Notes under the pieces: model-generated
What the model was told of the DNA's origin: nothing
Database searches by the model: none
The model's input: only the letters and a program-made list of their open reading frames with translations
In this document: positions 1 through 9,046 of the stretch, piece by piece
Layout of the letters: every line of letters begins with the position of its first letter
Numbering within the stretch: position 1 is the stretch's first letter
Translations under genes and position numbers: made by a program
Source: Eledone cirrhosa
Taxonomy: Eukaryota
Direction: 5' to 3'
Length of the DNA stretch: 64,000 bases
NCBI GenBank assembly: GCA_964016885.1
Contig: CAXHJY010000271.1
Location: 22,001 to 86,000 of the forward strand

Positions 1-85
1 TTTTATTTTATTTTTAATTAAATTAGTTATATTTTGAAAGTAGGTTTATAAATATTAATTTTCAATAGACCTTTGTAGCAGTCTT

Positions 86-168
86 GGTGGCTTAGTGGGA
101 AGTACCAGAGATGGTGAGATCCTTGTCTGTAAGTTCAATTCTTGCTTGGAGACATGTCTAATGTGTCC
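86..168 (+). mobile_element. Degenerate tRNA-derived SINE head outside the array
   Basis: A-box-like TGGCTTAGTGG and B-box-like AGTTCAATTCT, similar to the SINE head at 5386-5525. Confidence 0.5.
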
Positions 169-303
169 TATTAATCTTTTTTTAATTTTCCTTTTACATC
201 TCTTAGAAATAACTGAAAATCTTTGGTGAGAACCCCAATGTCTATTTATCTAATATAATTAATTTAATTTAATTTAATTTAATTTTTATTTTAGTGAAAC
301 CAC

Positions 304-645
304 TGTTGTATTCAAGAGACCAGGTGGAGGGGTGGGTCTGCTAGATTCATCGTGGGTAAAGAACGGTGCTATGAACTTTTCTGGGTGGGAAATGACAATG
401 GGCTGGGTATACACATACCACCCCACCACCCCACCGTAAAGTGGTCGTGGAGGCGCCACGGCAAAAAAGCACCCAGCCCGCTCTGTAAAGCTGACGTGGA
501 GGTGCCACGTAAAAAAGAAAAGCACCCAGCACTCACTGCAAACTGGGTTGGCGTCAGGAAGGGCACCCAGCTGTAGAAACCAATCCAGAATCAGCTCCCA
601 CCCCACCCTTGCAAGCATGGAAAAGCGGACGTATGATGAAGTTGA
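304..645 (+). mobile_element. 5'-truncated bipartite non-autonomous RTE (copy a)
   Basis: APE fragment ([14 protein letters not shown]) fused directly to an RTE 3' UTR homologous to 6657-6930; ends in GATGA-like tail remnant. Confidence 0.8.
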
Positions 646-744
646 TATATATATATATATATTAGTATATATATACACATACATATGTACACATATACAC
701 ATACATATATATATATATATACACACACATATATATCAGTGTAC

Positions 745-779
<35 letters not shown>

Positions 780-1225
780 AATGAATATTTATTCAATTTA
801 AAGCGCCAATTATCTATATATAACAAGATATGAATTTTTCTAGGGATGGGGAAATTTTCAGTTTGTTTTTATATTTTCACTTCATTTTTTACTTTCTATT
901 TAATACAGTCTTTGATCCAATATAATCCTGACAGTATTTGAACCAGTTTACCTCATATATATGTATGCACACACAACACTCAAGTTTCGCCATCTACTGC
1001 TATTTCATTCATATTTATTGTTTAATTAACTCTGGTCTAATTCATCAACTATTGTTAATTATATTATTACGTAGATTTCTTATAAAATCTAGTGCATATA
1101 TACGTGTATATATACAGGGAGACACTGTGTAATAGATGTAAAGAGAGTGGGAGATAGAGTTATAGAAGTAAAGAGAGGGAGAGAAATAAGCGGTAGATAG
1201 AGCAATAGATGTAAAGAGAGGGTTA

Positions 1226-1378
1226 GAACGTTCAACTTGACAGTCAGTACATATGCCAACTACCCAACCGGCCAGCCAGCCGTATTTGCGGTTGACTGGC
1301 CAGTTGGGCGGTTGGTATGTGGAACGTTCAACTATGCAGTCAGTACCAAAGTTCAACATTGTAGCCAGTGCATATGCC
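1226..1378. repeat. 72-bp palindrome flanked by 21-bp direct repeats (3-repeat form)
   Basis: 34-bp arms at 1250-1283 and 1288-1321; GTTCAAC-N5-AGYCAGTRC at 1230, 1326 and 1351. Confidence 0.9.
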
Positions 1379-1424
1379 GATCGCCGCGACCTCTTTGCTC
1401 TATTTAAATGACCTGGAACTAAGT

Positions 1425-1537
1425 AAAAAGAGTAGGAGATAACTCGACAAGAGCGGAGAGGGTGAGATTCGAACCATGTAAAGTCGTTGGCTCCTGAACT
1501 TCGTAAGCGGGGCTGCTACTGACTGAGCAACGCCGGC
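1425..1537 (-). ncRNA. tRNA-like Pol III element (A box, B box, T5), non-cloverleaf; allele I
   Basis: Minus strand GCCGGCGT-TGCTCAGTCAGTAG (A box/D arm)...GGTTCGAATCT (B box, 1465-1475)...CTACTC-TTTTT (1425-1429). Acceptor, anticodon and T stems do not pair. Could be a SINE head or a tRNA pseudogene. Confidence 0.55.
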
Positions 1538-1840
1538 AGCAAGGCAAATCGCGCATAAAATAACGCTTATATCGAGAAAATAAAACAAAAATTTCAATGT
1601 TGCACTTTTGTTTGTTGTTCTTTTATTTTACGTAAACATTTCGCTGCTCTAGCCTCTTATTTCCTATTAGATTACACTTAATTCCATTAAACATTCATTC
1701 TTAGTCTCGTGGTAAACTATTTCATCTATATTTATATCGCTGTTACAGCCTTTTATTTCTACATCTATCACCTATAGCCACTGTTACGCCGGTAGTATAA
1801 GTAGCTTTATAACAAGAAACGATGATATAACTCCACAAAA

Positions 1841-1892
1841 TGTCTTCTTGAGCAAGACACTTCACCTCATATTGCTCCAGTACACCGAGTTA
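1841..1892 (+). mobile_element. CORE-SINE central-domain fragment (one per complete unit)
   Basis: CTTGAGCAAGACACTTCACCTCATATTGCTCCAGT matches the reverse complement of the SINE body at 5400-5445. Confidence 0.6.
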
Positions 1893-2284
1893 CACATAGA
1901 CAGATACATACATACACATATATATGTACACAGATAGAAATAAGAGGGAGATAGTGTAAAAGATTTAAAGAGAGTGTGACACACATTTATCTGTCTATCT
2001 CTCTCTATTTTAACACCGGTCGTTATAATTAGTTTTATAACACCGCTATATTACCGACATGAAAGAGGTAAATAATTATTTCTTAAATGTTTAGAACATG
2101 TTTCTCTTGTCTTCTTAAATGTATAGAACATGTTTCTTATTTATATTCTTAACATAGCTAGGACCTTATCTCATTTACTGGTCTCTACTTTTAGGGCTTT
2201 GCTGGTCCCATGTGCCCTCCATGAAGACACACTCGCCCCTTCTCTCTCAGTCTCCGTACTAATTACTACACATACGTATATATA

Positions 2285-4528
2285 TTTATTTTAAGAAACC
2301 TTAATGACAAATAATATAAAGTGTTTGTAAAGTGGGGAAGAGTAGTTTTACGGTGGGGTTGTTATATAGATATCGTTTTTGCAGTGGGGTCGTGACTGGC
2401 GTATAATAATGAGTCACTGTTGATGTATATACAAATCATATTTCGGATATAAGTGAAGTTATTTAAGAGATTTAGTTGTTTTGTATACATTCCAGTTGTT
2501 GTCTCCCTGTTTCTTCTTCAACAACTATAACGGTACGCGATGGGGCCCACCCACAGCCCCGGCGGACAGAATGGAGAAGGCGTTTCCCCGGAGCACGGCA
2601 AGGGAGACGCGCTGGAAAAGCCACTCCAACTCGCGGGGCTCACACCTGCGACTGGCCAGCTCAGCGCCTATGGTGGTGAGTAAGGAGGTAGCCCTGGGGT
2701 CGAGGACACCAGAAGTCTCCACTTCCAGGGGTACGACCGCAAACCTGTCGGAGAGTGAACGATATGTGAGGAGTTTGGCCCTCTCAGCCTGACGTGCAGC
2801 AGAACCTGGGCCAGTCGCAGACTGCACCAGGTTGCGGCTGCAGAAAGTGTCGGTGCAAGTGGCATCCCAGACGAGGGGTTTGCCACCGCGGAACGGGAAG
2901 ATGGTCATGCCATCTGGCCTTTTGCCGTCCCCTGGAGCTGGGAAGGGAAGCCTGCAGCGTCCAAGCCATGCTTAATGATTTCGTTGAGGGCAGCATGGCG
3001 TGGATTGCGGCTGGCACTGTGGCGACAGGAAAGCGGGTGGAGGCCGAAAGAGTCCATGGTGGAACGGCAGCGACATTGGTGTGAGGCCGAGCCTCAGGGA
3101 AACGCCGATGCGCAAGCTATTGTTGTCTAGCTGCGTGCGAGTGGAGAAGGAGGGCAGGGCATGGAGCCAGGCCCCACTGTGGGGTTTGGAGGCCGCACGA
3201 AAACAAACAAGGCGGTGCTGGTCGAGCTGGCACGTGAGCCTGTCTGAGGCCAGGCTGCACTGGATGGCATCCCAAGTGTGTTGGGGGGGACTTGACGTCA
3301 ACAGGGGGAGAAGGAGGAGGAACGTCTACTGGGCTAAGTCCCAGCCGGTCCCACGTCTCACAGGCGGCCACGCGTTCTCTGAACACAGAGGGTTCTGTTG
3401 TGTTTTGAAGAACCCTGCTGAAGAGGACGTGGTACGAGGTTTCCGACGAAAGATATGCCGGCAAAGCTAGTGAGATCGGGGACTGGAGGCGAAGCCCGCC
3501 ATACCTGACAGGTAAAGTTGCATATCTCATCGGCTGCTGCTCGGATACAAGTTTAGGTGTAGCACAGAGTGTATAGAGGAGCTTCGGCATGGCGTAGCAG
3601 TTCCTCAGCAGAAAGAGAACTGGGTGGCCATCAATCAAGCCCAGTCGGCTCGTGAGAGTCTGGACTTGATGGAGGAGCGGATGGCCGGCGGGTGGATCGG
3701 TGAGGGCATCCTCTTTGGGGGGTCACCTGAACCTGGCGGAGAATGGACCGCACGTCCAAGACGGAGACTGCAAAGCTTGCAGCATCGAGGCTGACATTCA
3801 CCACCTCCGACTTGGCTGAGTTGACCTGGAGGTCGATTCCCGCCAGGGCAGGAACCACCGATTGAAGGTCATGGCAGAACGCCTGTACGGGCCCACCCAA
3901 AGTAGCATCATCCAGATACCAAACGTTGAGAGGGGCCGTTATACTCCAGGCGATGTGGTCAATACCAAGGGTGAACAGGAGGGGTCCCAAAGGGTTGCCC
4001 TGTTGGATCCCAGTAGCCAAGGGTATGACCGTATCAGCAGCATGGCGCATGCTTGGGGCTCCATATGACAGGTAGGCAGAGGGGGCTCGGCTGAGGCAGG
4101 CCTCGAGCAGATGATCCCAGCGTAAAGAGTTGAAGGCATTCCTCATGTCAAACTTGACAATGAGGTGGCTGGAGGCCCTGGATGCCGGTTCCGAGTGTTA
4201 CGGACTTGCAGATTACCTTGGCAGCCAGCCTCCGGAAGACATTGCCCACAGCAATGGGGCGTATGCCATCCTCTTTCTTCCTGAGAGCGGTGAGGCTGGC
4301 CGAAAAAAAGAGGCCTCGAGCATAAGAGTCCAGGGCGCCATGGATGAGCCTATTGGTGAGCGCCACAATTGCACTCAGAAGGCGGCGCCCGGCCTCAGCG
4401 GAGAGGGGAGATATCAACTCCTTGAGGAGGCCTGGTCAGAGACCATCAACATCTCCGCAGCTGCTAGCTGGGAAGGACCTGATGGCGGACATGATGTCTG
4501 CATCAGAAGCCACAAGGAGCAAGTGTGG
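2285..4528 (-). mobile_element. 5'-truncated, frameshifted CRE-like non-LTR retrotransposon (RT + CCHC + restriction-like endonuclease)
   Basis: RT motifs AIRSFPASSCGDVDGL, GIRPIAVGNVFRRLAAK, GIQQGNPLGPLLF, WYLDD; knuckle CRC-x9-H-x3-C; RLE GDGKRPDGMT..LVWDATC..AERAK..Y, FQRVSLAVLRGNA; AATAAA at 2285-2290 (minus) next to a TA microsatellite. Confidence 0.9.
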
Positions 4529-4621
4529 ATTACAATACAAAACCTCTGAGAATGATTTCTAAGATATTTCACCATAATTAATTTTCATCAATATATATTA
4601 ATATTATTATTGTTTATTAGG

Positions 4622-4895
4622 TCAGGTGGATTGGCCAGAACAATTCTACTCTTCTTTTTTAGATGTCACGATTTTTCATGGCATTCCTGAGATCATTAAT
4701 CTCCAGCTGGAGATCCAGAGACATCTGATGTATGTAGGTGAACCTCAGTCATCCCACTTGGGTCTTACTATGTTTAGGTATCCACCACAGGAGCCAGCTC
4801 ATCAGGTCATCCTACCCTCAGCAGCAATGTCCAGCATCTATTGATTTCCGCTCCCTAGTTATTGTGGTAATCTTCGATATCTGGGAATATATTTC
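4622..4895 (-). pseudogene. Old LINE (RTE/RTE-X-like) C-terminal fragment; also near 12914, 21205, 27055, 32943, 41144, 47032, 55322, 61172
   Basis: Minus translation with stops: AGHCC*...MSWLLWWIPKHSKTQVG*LRFTYIHQ...DLRNAMKNRDI*, resembling the RTE-group C-terminus; (AAT)-rich tail follows. Confidence 0.65.
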
Positions 4896-4980
4896 TTCTG
4901 CTTAAGGGAGTAATAAATATATAGTTTTAAAAAAAACATATATATACACACACATATATATATGTTGTCATTTATAAGAG

Positions 4981-5120
4981 TTCTCTATCAAAAGCCTTCT
5001 CTATGTCCAAAGCTAAGTATAGTGGCTTATTTTTCTCTAAGAACCTCTTTTGTAGTTGTCTCACTAAGAAGAGGGCATCTGTTGCACTTTTCAGCGGCAC
5101 AAAACCAAACTGCATCTCAT
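4981..5120 (-). pseudogene. RTE RT fragment (one per complete unit)
   Basis: EMQFGFVPLKSATDALFLVRQLQKRFLEKNKPLYLALDIEKAFDR, homologous to the 541-aa RT. Confidence 0.85.
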
Positions 5121-5174
5121 ACACATACATACATATACATACATACATACATACATATACACATACATACATAC

Positions 5175-5358
5175 ATCATCATCATCATCATCATCATCAT
5201 TTCGTTTTAAGTCCGCTTTTTCCCTGCTTGTAAGGGTGGGACGGGAACTGATTCTGGCTTGATTTCTACAGCTGGATGCCCTTCCTAACACCAACCTCAT
5301 TTACAGTGAGTGCTGAGTGCTTTTTTGCCGTGGCACCTCCACGACCACTTTGCAGTGG
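5175..5358 (-). mobile_element. RTE 3' UTR fragment with (GAT)n tail (one per complete unit)
   Basis: (CAT)8 followed by CTACAGCTGGATGCCCTTCCTAACACCAACC, shared with 6657-6930. Confidence 0.8.
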
Positions 5359-5385
5359 AATGATATGGACCCCAGTCCCTATCAT

Positions 5386-5525
5386 CTCATTTCTACAGCT
5401 GAGTAAACTGGAGCAATGTGAAATAAAGTGTCTTGCTCAAGGAAACAACAGATCACCCGGTCTGAGAATTGAACTCACAACCTTTCGATTGCCAGGCCAA
5501 TGCTCGAACCACTAAGCCATGTGCC
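5386..5525 (-). mobile_element. tRNA-derived CORE-type SINE, 5' part (one per complete unit)
   Basis: GGCACA-TGGCTTAGTGG (A box)...GAGTTCAATTCT (B box)...CCTTGAGCAAGACACTTTATTTCACATTGCTCCAG (CORE-like). Confidence 0.75.
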
Positions 5526-5528
5526 TCC

Positions 5529-6002
5529 ATATACATATACATATACATATACATACACATACATATATATATACATACATACATATATACACATACATAC
5601 ATACACATACATACACATATACATACATATACATACATAGATATATATATATACATAATATAAATATACATACATACACATACATAAGCATATACACATA
5701 AGTATATATACATATACACACGTATATATACATATACATACATACATATATACACATACATACATATATACATACATACACACATATATACATATACACA
5801 TACATACATATACATACATATACACATACATACATATATATATATATACATACACACACATATATACATACACACACATATATACAAACACATACATATA
5901 CACATATATACACATACATACACATACATATACACATATACACTCATATATACATATACATACATACACACACATACATACATATATACATATACATACA
6001 TA
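5529..6002. repeat. Compound (TACA/TA/CA)n microsatellite, ~470-510 bp (one per complete unit)
   Basis: Alternating purine-pyrimidine tract read directly. Confidence 0.97.
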
Positions 6003-6555
6003 AAGACAAATCCACCTCATGGACGAGAATGCAAGGGCTCCTCCTCTTTGTTTCGGCCGCGGATGGCTAACCCTAACCCCTTCCCCGCTCCCCACCGCTC
6101 CCAACCTCCAAACGCAATCCAAAACTTCAGAGTTGGTACCATTAATGTAGGCACCTTATAGGGTGGCTCTAACGAGGTTGTAGAAATGCTTGAACGTAAG
6201 GAGGTCGATGTTTGTTGTATTCAAGAGACCAGGTGGAGGGGTGGGTCTGCTAGATTCATCGTGGGTAAAGAACGATGCTATAAGCTTTTCTGTGTGGCAA
6301 ATGACAATGGGCTGGGTATACACATACCACCCCACCACCCCACCGCAAAGTGGTCGTGGAGGCGCCGCGGCAAAAAAGCACCCAGCCCACACTGTAAAGC
6401 TGACGTGGAGGTGCCACGGAAAAAAAAAAGCACCCAGCACTCACTGCAAACGGGGTTGGCGTCAGGAAGGGCACCCAGCTGTAGAAACCAATCCAGAATC
6501 AGCTCCCACCCCACCCTTGCAAGCATGGAAAAGCGGACGTATTATGAAGTTGATA
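6003..6555 (+). mobile_element. Bipartite non-autonomous RTE (copy b): 5' UTR + APE N-terminus fused to 3' UTR
   Basis: [38 protein letters not shown] (APE start), then an abrupt jump at ~6318 to the RTE 3' UTR. Confidence 0.85.
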
Positions 6556-6556
6556 T

Positions 6557-6613
<57 letters not shown>

Positions 6614-6656
6614 TATATATATACACATATATATATATACACACATATATATCAGT

Positions 6657-8582
6657 CATCATCATCACCGTTTTACGTCCGTTCTTCCACGCTAGCATGG
6701 GTTAGACGGGTTGTCCTGTTGTGGGCAGTGTCTGGTCGGCTGACCATGCCTTGCTCATACAGGAACTGATCTGGCTTGATTTCTACAGCTGGATGCCCTT
6801 CCTAACACCAACCTCATTTACAGTGAGTGCTGGGTGCTTTTTCGTGGCGCCTACACGTCCACTTTACAGTGTGGGCTGGGTGCTTTTTTGCCGTGGCACC
6901 TCCACGACCACCTTGCGGTGGGGGGGGGGGGCATATTGTTTATATGCTTCAGCATGTACCCATGGGAGGTCGGGTACCCTGTATTACTGCGTGACGCCAG
7001 AAGTCACGGTCGTGTGTCATTGACTTTGAGAGGTGTAGTTGGGTAAGGTCGGCTTTTATCACCTCATCCCAAGTCATCTTGGGTCTCCCCACTCCGCGGT
7101 TTCCATCAACTTCTAGTGCTCTGCACCTTTTTATGCAGCTGTCATCCTTCATACGCATCACATGTCCATACCAGCGTAACCGCCTCTCCTGCACGCAGCA
7201 TTTGATTCCTCTTATGCTCAGTCTCTCTCTCAATTCATTTATGCTTTGTCGTTCACGTATATTACTGTTACACATCCATCGGAGCATGCAGGCTTCGTTT
7301 CTCTCTAATCTACGTAGGTCTTCCACCTTCAGCGCCCAGGTCTCACTACCATGCAACATCGCTGTTCGGATACACGCATCATACAGTCTGCCTTTCATTC
7401 TGAGGGAGAAGCCTTTTGCAGCTAGCAGTGGTAGTAGTTCCCTAAACTTCTTCCATCCCGTTCTTACCCTAGTTATTGTACTTTCTGAGCACCCACCTCC
7501 GTTGCTAATTCGGTCACCTAGGTAGCAGAAGCTGTCTACTGTTTCTACAGGGCCCTCCCAGAGATTGGTGGTACTTGTTTCCTGTGGCTGTTTGCTTGCT
7601 GTTTCAGCACAGCTGCTGCATGTGAATCCTACATTCTTAATTAAGCTTCCTGAGATCCCGCTACATCTCTTGTGTACCCATTGTTTGCATTTGGGGCAAA
7701 GAATGGAGTTCCTACCTACACCTTTCCTACATACTGAGCAAGGCCATTTCCCTGAGGGGATCTGGGTTCTGTTTTCTCGTCTACTTATAAGGACCTTAGT
7801 CTTTGTCATGTTGACTTTGAGGCCCTTTCTCTCTAGTCCCTGCTTCCAGGTTTGGAATTTATTCTCTAGTTCTACCATAGATTCAGCTATGAGTGCGAGG
7901 TCATCAGCATACAGGAGTTCCCATGGGCATCCGGTCTTAAACTCCTCCGTTATTGCCTGCAGGACTATGATGAACAGGAGAGGGCTAAGAACAGAGCCCT
8001 GGTGGACCCCAACCTGTACGCTAAATTCCTCGCTATACTCATTGCCAATCCTAACTTTGCTGACTGCTCCCCTATACATGGCTTGTACCGCTTTCACAAG
8101 CCATTCATCTACTCCTAGTTTTCTAAGAGCCCACCAGATTACTGCACGTGGAACTCTGTCAAAGGCTTTCTCAAGGTCGACAAATGCCAAGTAGAGTGGC
8201 TTACTTTTAGCTAGGTACTTTTCCTGTAATTGCCTCACAAGGAAGAGCGCATCAGTGGTGCCTTTCCCTGGTACAAACCCAAATTGCATCTCGTCTATAT
8301 TCACCCGGTCCCTAATCAGCTGTGCTATAACTCTTTCTGTTACTTTCATGACCTGGTCCATCAACTTTATACCTCTATAGTTTCCTCTATCTAGTGCATC
8401 GCCTTTACCTTTGTAGCAGTTGACAATGATGCTACTGCACCAATCTTTTGGTATGGCCCCCTCTAGTATTACCTGGTTAACGATACGTGTGGTTATAGTG
8501 TGACCTACAGACCCAGATGCCTTCAGCATCTCGGCAGCTATACCCGATGGACCGGTTGCCTTCCCTATCTTCATATCTCTGA
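6657..8582 (-). mobile_element. 5'-truncated RTE-clade LINE with (GAT)n tail
   Basis: Intact RT ORF, 3' UTR and tail; absent from the short units. Confidence 0.93.
6949..8574 (-). CDS. RTE reverse transcriptase (541 aa, no endonuclease) with PHD-like Cys/His insert
   Basis: GKATGP, NYRGIKL, QFGF, FVDLEKAFD, GVHQGSVLSP, YADD, GLKVN..KTK, CSVC..CPKC..HKRC..CSSC, FCYLG, RRLRWYGHV, GRPK. Confidence 0.88.
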   Translation of the reverse strand: MKIGKATGPSGIAAEMLKASGSVGHTITTRIVNQVILEGAIPKDWCSSIIVNCYKGKGDALDRGNYRGIKLMDQVMKVTERVIAQLIRDRVNIDEMQFGFVPGKGTTDALFLVRQLQEKYLAKSKPLYLAFVDLEKAFDRVPRAVIWWALRKLGVDEWLVKAVQAMYRGAVSKVRIGNEYSEEFSVQVGVHQGSVLSPLLFIIVLQAITEEFKTGCPWELLYADDLALIAESMVELENKFQTWKQGLERKGLKVNMTKTKVLISRRENRTQIPSGKWPCSVCRKGVGRNSILCPKCKQWVHKRCSGISGSLIKNVGFTCSSCAETASKQPQETSTTNLWEGPVETVDSFCYLGDRISNGGGCSESTITRVRTGWKKFRELLPLLAAKGFSLRMKGRLYDACIRTAMLHGSETWALKVEDLRRLERNEACMLRWMCNSNIRERQSINELRERLSIRGIKCCVQERRLRWYGHVMRMKDDSCIKRCRALEVDGNRGVGRPKMTWDEVIKADLTQLHLSKSMTHDRDFWRHAVIQGTRPPMGTC

Positions 8583-8704
8583 TTAATTTTCCTTTTACAT
8601 CTCTTAGAAATAACTGAAAATCTTTGGTGAGAACCCCAATGTCTATTTATCTAATATAATTAATTTAATTTAATTTAATTTAATTTTTATTTTAGTGAAA
8701 CCAC

Positions 8705-9046
8705 TGTTGTATTCAAGAGACCAGGTGGAGGGGTGGGTCTGCTAGATTCATCGTGGGTAAAGAACGGTGCTATGAACTTTTCTGGGTGGGAAATGACAAT
8801 GGGCTGGGTATACACATACCACCCCACCACCCCACCGTAAAGTGGTCGTGGAGGCGCCACGGCAAAAAAGCACCCAGCCCGCTCTGTAAAGCTGACGTGG
8901 AGGTGCCACGTAAAAAAGAAAAGCACCCAGCACTCACTGCAAACTGGGTTGGCGTCAGGAAGGGCACCCAGCTGTAGAAACCAATCCAGAATCAGCTCCC
9001 ACCCCACCCTTGCAAGCATGGAAAAGCGGACGTATGATGAAGTTGA
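8705..9046 (+). mobile_element. Bipartite non-autonomous RTE (copy a)
   Basis: Copy of 304-645. Confidence 0.8.

Noticed and set aside
1128-1225. Purine-rich ~30-bp degenerate repeats (TAGATGTAAAGAGAG)
   Set aside because: Low-complexity AG-rich minisatellite, with similar sequence at ~1930-1980; no function evident, though it could be a SINE tail.
1226-1378. CRISPR-like array or hammerhead ribozyme
   Set aside because: Repeats are degenerate, with only 3-4 nt between adjacent ones and no cas genes; no CUGANGA/GAAA core; eukaryotic context.
1453-1537. Functional tRNA (Arg-ACG, Val-TAC or Sec-TCA triplets present)
   Set aside because: Acceptor, anticodon and T stems do not pair, and there is no similarity to tRNA-Sec architecture.
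1400-1597. 65-aa ORF with hydrophobic, signal-peptide-like N-terminus
   Set aside because: TTG start, overlaps the tRNA-like element, and is disrupted in units 5, 7 and 10.
2150-2260. GC-richer island possibly encoding a ribozyme or small RNA
   Set aside because: No consistent fold or promoter/terminator found by eye; probably an unrecognised TE fragment.
6066-6080. Telomeric repeat CTAACCCTAACCC
   Set aside because: Only two units, inside an RTE 5' UTR.
5453-6122. Long Tyr/Met/Val/Cys/Ile/His-rich ORFs (in every complete unit)
   Set aside because: Translations of stop-free TA/CA microsatellite.
7079-8194. 148-aa and 209-aa plus-strand ORFs
   Set aside because: Antisense shadows of the RT ORF, with no recognisable motifs.
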